A stretch of DNA of 64,000 bases from the human T2T-CHM13v2.0 reference genome, Homo sapiens, in assembly GCF_009914755.1 (NCBI RefSeq), contig NC_060925.1. One strand, written 5' to 3'. The notes below the pieces were generated by a model that was not told the origin of the DNA, did not search any database, and worked only from the letters and a program-made list of their open reading frames with translations. Shown here piece after piece: positions 55,504 to 64,000 of this stretch (positions are counted from its first letter, which is position 1; each line of letters begins with the position of its first letter). The translations under genes and the position numbers were made by a program.

Positions 55504-55776
55504 CTTCTGAGTATACACCTTATATCTGGTGCAGACTCTCTTTCTGCCAACTTAACGTATAAAAAGGCAGATAATAATTTCCCTTCAGAAGTTTTATCTG
55601 AGGTATCCTTAATTACCAACTACTATAAACACAATGTGACTCTTAAGTAATCACATATTTCTGTTAGCTCTGATGAAAAATAAACACTACCCTTAGAACA
55701 CCTTAGCATTGTCTTTAATGGGGCTTTCGTAGTAGACACATAGTTAGATTGTGATATGTGTTGCCTACCTTTTCAG

Positions 55777-55878
55777 GTGCCCCTGCCCAACACCCTTCCC
55801 CTCCCTAAGAGGGAGACTATACAACAGAGCTCCAGCCTAACTTCAGTTCCTCCCACTACTTTCAGCCTCACCTTCAAG
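55777..55878 (+). CDS. PRRC2C: PRRC2C coding exon (102 bp, VPLPNTLP...SLTFK)
   Basis: tttcag|GTG, AAG|gtatgt, phase 0-0. Confidence 0.93.
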
Positions 55879-56594
55879 GTATGTACAACATCCATCTCTA
55901 AGAGTCCTTAATTGTTGCATGCAAGGGGACATAAGTTAACAATATTCGTGGGGTATTTTTACTAGATTTATGTGGTAAGCAACAATACTAAGCTGAGGAA
56001 ATAGAGTGCTGTCAAATTATACCTTACAGTTTTATTAGCTTCTGATACCACTAAGTGGTGACGTGATATCCTCATATTTAAAGTGAGGCCTATTATGCTT
56101 GTGAATTTTGTCTTAAAAATACAGGAGAGTATTTTTCCATGTTTGTGTTAAGTTCCTCCCAGAGATCTTAATAATTTTTGGATATATGGGTTTGTATACA
56201 AAAAATAAAATCTTAATTATTTCATGTTTTTATGATTGTTACCAAAATATTAAGTACTGATAATAGTAAGAATGTTGTTTGTCTTCCCTGTAAGTTATGT
56301 GTGAATTGAATGAACACTGTATGATTATTTTATGGGAAGATAATTGACAAGTATGCTTTATAGATGATGTCAGAAGATTTTCAGTTGATTTTTTTTGGAT
56401 AATTATTTAATAAGAGGACAAAAGAGATTCAGCGCTTTTTGATGTCAAAATGTTTTGGCCTTTTTTTTTAATCTATTATAATTTTGAGCTATGTTAATGA
56501 TTTTTTACAGTTGTGTTGTTTGAGAGTATTTTAAATCAGTTCGTCTTTGGAGTAGTCAGTAGTTTAAAAAAGTGCAAACATGGAATTAAAGGAG

Positions 56595-56745
56595 GTTTTT
56601 TTTAATTTAAAAAAAAATTTTTTTTAAATAGAGATGGGGTTTTGCCATGTTGCCCAGGTTGGTTTTGAACTCTGGGCTCCAGCGATCCACCTGCCTCAGC
56701 CTCCCAAAGTATTGGAATTACAGGTGGGAACCACCACACCTGGCC
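56595..56745 (-). mobile_element. FLAM/AluJ left arm
   Basis: Alu left-arm similarity. Confidence 0.82.
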
Positions 56746-57441
56746 AAGGGAAGATTTTTTTTAAGTCTATTTATCTCATTGATGTTCTTTGTTCATAATC
56801 CAGGGAAGTTCTTAATCTCTAATATAGTAGGGCTTCCTGATGTTGCACTGGTTGACAATCTCTTTGATGATCTTCAGTTGGGGTCACAGGAACTTTGTTG
56901 TTCTACAGTGTGGCCAATATTCATTTTGGACTCATATTACTTTTGTCCCCTTATCTTTTCCCCTGTCTGCCCAACTTCTTTGTAAGAGGCTTAACAAATA
57001 TAAGTTTGAGATCATAAAATTTTATAAGACAACAGCTTCTGCTTTGTGCCATCCCTGTCTTTGCCTAGTCTTTACTGCCAATTCCTGTTCAGCCTTTTCT
57101 GTTGTCTTTTGGCTTGAATGACTGTCTTAATCTGTGTTCCTTACTTAGTCTTACTTTTATGGTTTTTATCATTATACTAGCAAGGTAAATAATCTAATTT
57201 CACATAAGCAAATATAATGTCATCTTTAATTATTTTTAAGCCAGTATTTATTTCTTTAGAATACCTATTCAACTTTGCCTTTCACTCATGTTTTTAACAT
57301 TCCAAGAAGAAATATACACATTGAGAATTAAATTTAAGTCAAATTACATTAGCTTAAAACCTCTGATTTCTTTATTTTTACTTCCTCTGCCATCTCCTTT
57401 TTGTTGGAGTAATACATAAAGCATAGAAAAGTTATATTACA

Positions 57442-57632
57442 CAGTAAATTCTTACTTATTATCAGTGGGTTCATGAAAACTGCAACTTTAAGCAAAACTG
57501 TATGATGGATCCATAGAATAGCATCATTTGGTTCAGTGCCACTTGTTCTAAAGTGTATGAGAAAAAATATTGATTATACATTGTTGGGCTTAGTCACAGT
57601 TTCCAAGAACCTATTGACGACATTAAGTTTTT
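57442..57632. mobile_element. MER82-like Tigger relic
   Basis: cagtaaattcttactt...aaactgcaactttaagcaaaac and inverted end cacagtttccaagaacctattgacgacattaag. Confidence 0.65.
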
Positions 57633-58069
57633 ATGGACATCATTGACAAAATATGAAAAAAATGAGTATGATTAACTAATTGTACTTTTAGTTTCACTGA
57701 ATTTCCGAAAATAAAAACTTCAAATTATCTTTCTGCTTAAGGAATGGAATCAAGTCAAACTTGTGGCCTGTATGTTATGTAAGTTTGATTAGCTATAACT
57801 TAATTTATATGTTCCCAGTAAAACAAAATTGGCATAAAAGACATTGTACTCTGTCAACTTGCCGTAAACCACAAAATCTCAGATGGTACAGGTAAATTAT
57901 ATTCTAGCTTACTTCCTAAATTCCCCCAAGACTTCTATTTTAAAATAAAACACATTTGAAATCAACCAAGTGATTTTGAGAAAAAGAAAAGATTTCAGAT
58001 TTTTCTCAAATATAAAAGTTCTGTATTTTAAATATCTAATGATAACAATTAGTCTTAAGAAAAGGTTAA

Positions 58070-58433
<364 letters not shown>

Positions 58434-59383
58434 TCTATTTCTCAAAATTCTTATAACCAAAATAAAATTTTAGAAATTGATACTTTAAGGACTCACAAAG
58501 TTCCTAACAGTGATATTAAATATGTTACTTGAAAAAGTTCCTCTCTCATAAGTCATTGCAGCTGGATCTTATAGATTATGTTGGATGTATACTGCATATG
58601 AAATTTTAATATTAAAAAAACTTATAAAATATCAATTTATGTTCATTAGTGTTTTAGTTATAATATTATAAATATTGGGTTGAATTAAATGTTTTCAAAA
58701 TAAATATATAATCTATTTGTATTTACTTTTTAAAATGTAGCTACTAGAAAATTTAAAATTACATATTTGATTTGCATTTAGATATGTATCTGTTGAAAAC
58801 TACTGAATAGTGCTGCTCTAGATTGAAATAAGGCCATTTTCTGCCATTTAAGAAACTAGGAGAAGAAAATACAGCTGAAACCAGGGGTCATAAATGCAAA
58901 TGGTTACATCTGGTGGTACATGAAATGCTTGAGATCTGGATGTGAAACAAAAGCATTTCTATTGCACCCAAGCCTAAAACCTATCTTGTTACCTTGCCTT
59001 TTAAAACACTGTGAGCATGAAGCAGCCAACCAAAAGATGCCTGCCATTTGCCATTTAAGAAGCATTGGAGTAAAAAGAAAGAATGGAGAGAATGGATATT
59101 TACTGGGGGAAGGCCTTTCCTTATTCACTGGTAGGGATAAGGGCTCATGTTTAAATGATACACTCTCACACTCCCAATTTGAGTAATGGAGCAAAGATAA
59201 AGAGGCAAATGGAAAGTCTGAAATCCCTAGGGTCTTAGGGTCTTAGATTTTCTTTAAATATCTTTGTGTGTGTGTGGTTTTTGAAAGATTATATTTGGCA
59301 CTTAAATACTGATACATGTATATACATACGTATATTCTGTATTAACATCATTTTTTTACTATAAAATGTCCGTTTTATTGCAG

Positions 59384-59585
59384 ATGGAGTCTGCACGCAA
59401 AGCATGGGAGAATTCTCCAAATGTAAGGGAAAAGGGGTCTCCAGTAACTTCCACAGCACCTCCAATTGCAACTGGAGTCAGCAGTAGTGCCAGTGGACCA
59501 AGCACTGCTAATTACAATTCGTTCTCAAGTGCATCCATGCCCCAGATTCCTGTTGCTTCAGTCACTCCTACAGCATCACTATCAG
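59384..59585 (+). CDS. PRRC2C: PRRC2C coding exon (202 bp, MESARKAWENSP...)
   Basis: ttgcag|ATG, G|gtagaa, phase 0-1. Confidence 0.93.
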
Positions 59586-59691
59586 GTAGAACTTTTTCGT
59601 TCTGTTTCTTTAAATATCTTACATTATTTAAAATTTTTTATGATCTCTTCTTGTTTACTATCTCTAGCCCTCCGAAAATAGTAATATTCAA

Positions 59692-59751
59692 TCTTCCCAC
59701 CTCAGCCTCCCAAAGTGCTGGGATTACAGGCATGAGCCACCACATGTGGCC
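59692..59751 (-). mobile_element. Alu 5' fragment
   Basis: ctcagcctcccaaagtgctgggattacaggcatgagccac. Confidence 0.8.
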
Positions 59752-61149
59752 AGTAATTGCTTTTTAAAATGTCATTTTCCTCTAAATTTTTCTAGGAAGT
59801 TCACCTTTTGATTGTCATTTTTTATGTATGTACAACTAACTAGATCAGCTCAAAAAGAACAGAGAATCACACCTCTTTTAAATGTTTGACAATCTGTATC
59901 TAATTTGAAGGTGCTGTTGGCCTAAACCTGTTGGGATAACGTATTTTCTGGTAAAGACTTAGGGATGGAGAATTTTCAGCCTCTGCTATTTGAGTGATGT
60001 AATTCATTGGATTTGGCTTTAGTTTGGTTTGGATTTTGTTTTATTTTGTTTTTTAGGAGAGTCCTTTGGTGCCCAAAGTTAGAAGGTGCTTTTCTTGCTC
60101 TTTTTCCTTAGATTTTCTTAAATTTTTACTAGTGTGTAATCTTTTCATTGAACTATCTCATTATTTGGAGGCCTTACGGTTCTTAAAGAAACACAGATGT
60201 TTCCAAAATGCTTGACTCTAGAAAAGTACACCCTTTTCCTTTTACCATATGTAGAACCAAGTTTCTTCTGTTGAAAAAATAAAATTTAATTTCAAGCTTT
60301 CTCAGTATTATCTGCTTCCAAAGCAGTAGGAAGCTCCTTTCCAGTGATATAAATTACTTTGTTTGACTGGTTCTCATTCAATATTGCTTTTTAGTATTCC
60401 AGCCCACCGTGCTATTTTTAGGTACCAAAAAGCTGGTCTTAGGTTTATACAAGTTATTTTGATATTGTCTGTAATCAGAAGTATATATTAACACAAACTC
60501 CCGAGATTCTACGCTGCATTAACATTTTAAATCAAACTGTGTTCCAACTATATTTCTTTTCACTTTAAAACCCTTCCTAGCATTCCTCCACCACTCATTT
60601 GCCAAGGCATCTTCACTTATGTTTACTAGACTAGCTTGAGCCCCAGTCCACTTTGGGATGGGGGGGTTAGTGAAGGTGGTGTAAAGGAAACAGGAGAGTA
60701 TGGTAGGAAGATCTGGAAATAATGGTTCCTAGTTCTTTCTTTGGAACCCAACTAACCCGTTTCCCCAGGTCTAGATTTCCTCCACTATGCTTGACTAGGA
60801 TAATTTTTTTAACAAGGCCCTTATTGCCTAGTCATCCTACTGGTAGATGATTCACTAGAAGGATAGAAGCACTTGAATTTTGGTCCACTCTCAGGTGGAA
60901 CATCATCTGAAGATAATGACAACTTATACATTACTTTTTAATCAAATACCAGTATTGACATTTTGGGCTAGTACTAAAGTCATAATAGCTCACTAATCAA
61001 TAAAACAAATTAACCCTAACACCTAAGTTTTATAATTCTATTTACTTATTAAGTAGTTTATTTAATTTGTTTTAAAGGTATTACTATATACCAGGTGGTT
61101 TTGTTTTGTTTTTGTTTGTTTCTTGGTTAGTTGTTTTTGGAGTTGTGTG

Positions 61150-61381
<232 letters not shown>

Positions 61382-61890
61382 CATGTGCCAGTTTTTGCAG
61401 GAGAGAGAAATCCAGCCTTAAGTTTATGTGACATTTTAGGACCAGTTGAGATCTTTCAAGGCCCATGTATATTCATAATTATTTCTAAGGTATAGCACTT
61501 TTCTCTTTTGTGTCCTTATATCTGTGGTCATAAGTGAATGAAGCTCTTGATTATATATCCTATTCTTTGTGATGATTAAAAAACAAATCATTTCTGGCTA
61601 AACTATAACAGTTACATAGGCTCTCAGCCTCATTTTATTAATTTTGTGTTTTGTTTCTTTCTTGTTTTGATTTTCTGTTGTTTATTGTTCCATATTTTCT
61701 AGTCATATTTACATTTGGTGATAATTACCTTTTCTTTTATAAGCTACCTCATCTACTTTTGGCCTGAAGCAGTATATAAGTACGTGATGGGTAGAAACAT
61801 TAATTTTGCAGTTTCTGGTTGGTACTGTGAACAATAGCAACACTTTTAAATATGCTCTATTTTCCCCTTTATTTGCTTCCCCAAATATAG

Positions 61891-62563
<673 letters not shown>

Positions 62564-62715
62564 TAATTCTTTTTAAAAGTGTCTTGGAAAATATAAGTGT
62601 ACATACTTACTGTAGTAACAGTTTCATAACTAGGAATCTCATATGGATACATTTAAGCTATTAGAGATTAAGTAAGGGTATTCATTGCAGTATTATTTCT
62701 AATAATGACAAGTTA

Positions 62716-63045
<330 letters not shown>

Positions 63046-63347
63046 CTAGGCACCGTGGCTCACGCCTGTAATCCCAGCACTTTGGGAGGCTGAGGCGGGC
63101 AGATCAGTTGAGGCCAGCAGTTCAAGACCCACCTGGCCAACATGGTGAAACCACGTCTCTACTAAAAATACAAAAATTGGTTGGGCGTGGTGGCGCACAC
63201 TCAGCTGCTCAGGTAGCTGAGGCACAAGAATCGCTTGAACCCGGGAGGTGGAGGTTGCAGTGAGCTGGGATCAATCGTGCCACTGCACTTCAGCCTGGGT
63301 GACAAAGCGAGACTGTTTCAAAACAAAAAACAAAAACAAAAAAAAAC
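63046..63347 (+). mobile_element. AluS
   Basis: TSD aaaaacagc.agtca. Confidence 0.92.
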
Positions 63348-63811
63348 AGCAAGTCACCAAATATTATGTATCATACATAGAAATGTGTTTAAAATTTATA
63401 CCAAACTTTTAAAATTAAATGTCAATCCTCTAAATATTTTGCTAGATTCTAGTAGGTAGGTTTAAAATTGGAGTAGAATTGCTGGTTCAATGGGTAGATT
63501 CATTTTCAATTTTAGTAGATTATGTGAAATTTTACCACTGACAAAATCTGCGTATCTATACCCCATTGGCGGTATATAAATTTTTTTTTCATGCCTTCAC
63601 AAGTACTAGTTATGTTTGTGTGTACCTGTCTACTAGAAGTTTTCCATCTTTTCACATTTGCATCTTGTCACGTTTTTAGTTTTTCCATGGCTGTATTTTC
63701 AGAGGGTGCACTTAATTTGGAATCTGCTACAAAACTTGGTTTTTATTTACTGTTTGGAAAATTCTGAAATTAGGACACTTACTACTGCTTGTTTATCCTG
63801 ATGGTCTACAG

Positions 63812-63924
63812 CTCAAATCCCAGCCTTCTATATGGACACAAGTCATTTATTCAATACCCAACATGCACGATTGGCTCCGCCATCCTTGGCTCAACAACAG
63901 GGTTTCCAACCAGGTCTCTCTCAG
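63812..63924 (+). CDS. PRRC2C: PRRC2C coding exon (113 bp, QIPAFYMDTSHLF...GLSQ)
   Basis: ctacag|CT, CAG|gtaata, phase 1-0. Confidence 0.92.
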
Positions 63925-64000
63925 GTAATATCAAAGACTTCTTCCATCCTGTATTTGTTCCTTCGCATTTCTGTGGTTATAATAGTTATCTTGGAACATA

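Noticed and set aside
55603-55610. U12-type 5' splice site GTATCCTT
   Set aside because: Not at an exon boundary, no matching U12 branch site, and the same octamer occurs at ~12593 and ~13677

Overview
Primate (almost certainly human) genomic DNA lying entirely inside the PRRC2C (BAT2L2) gene on the + strand. I can trace 23 consecutive coding exons (178-63924) with GT-AG boundaries and fully consistent codon phases, about 6.87 kb or 2290 codons. They include an E/K/R coiled-coil exon, a 2259-bp RGG-containing exon and an Ala/Ser/Pro repeat exon; the start and stop codons lie outside the window. Introns hold about 40 Alus (roughly 31 antisense, 9 sense), a full-length antisense L1PA5/6-like LINE-1 with TSDs, a near full-length Tigger1, other MER/L2/MaLR relics and a U6 pseudogene. 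Most ORF-track entries are Alu/L1 artefacts. I see no wholly new gene system. The best lead is the L1's open ORF0: it has a strong Kozak ATG and its splice donor is in frame with the next PRRC2C exon, predicting an L1-antisense-promoter ORF0-PRRC2C fusion. Repeat subfamily names come from recalled consensus sequences and repeat boundaries are approximate.
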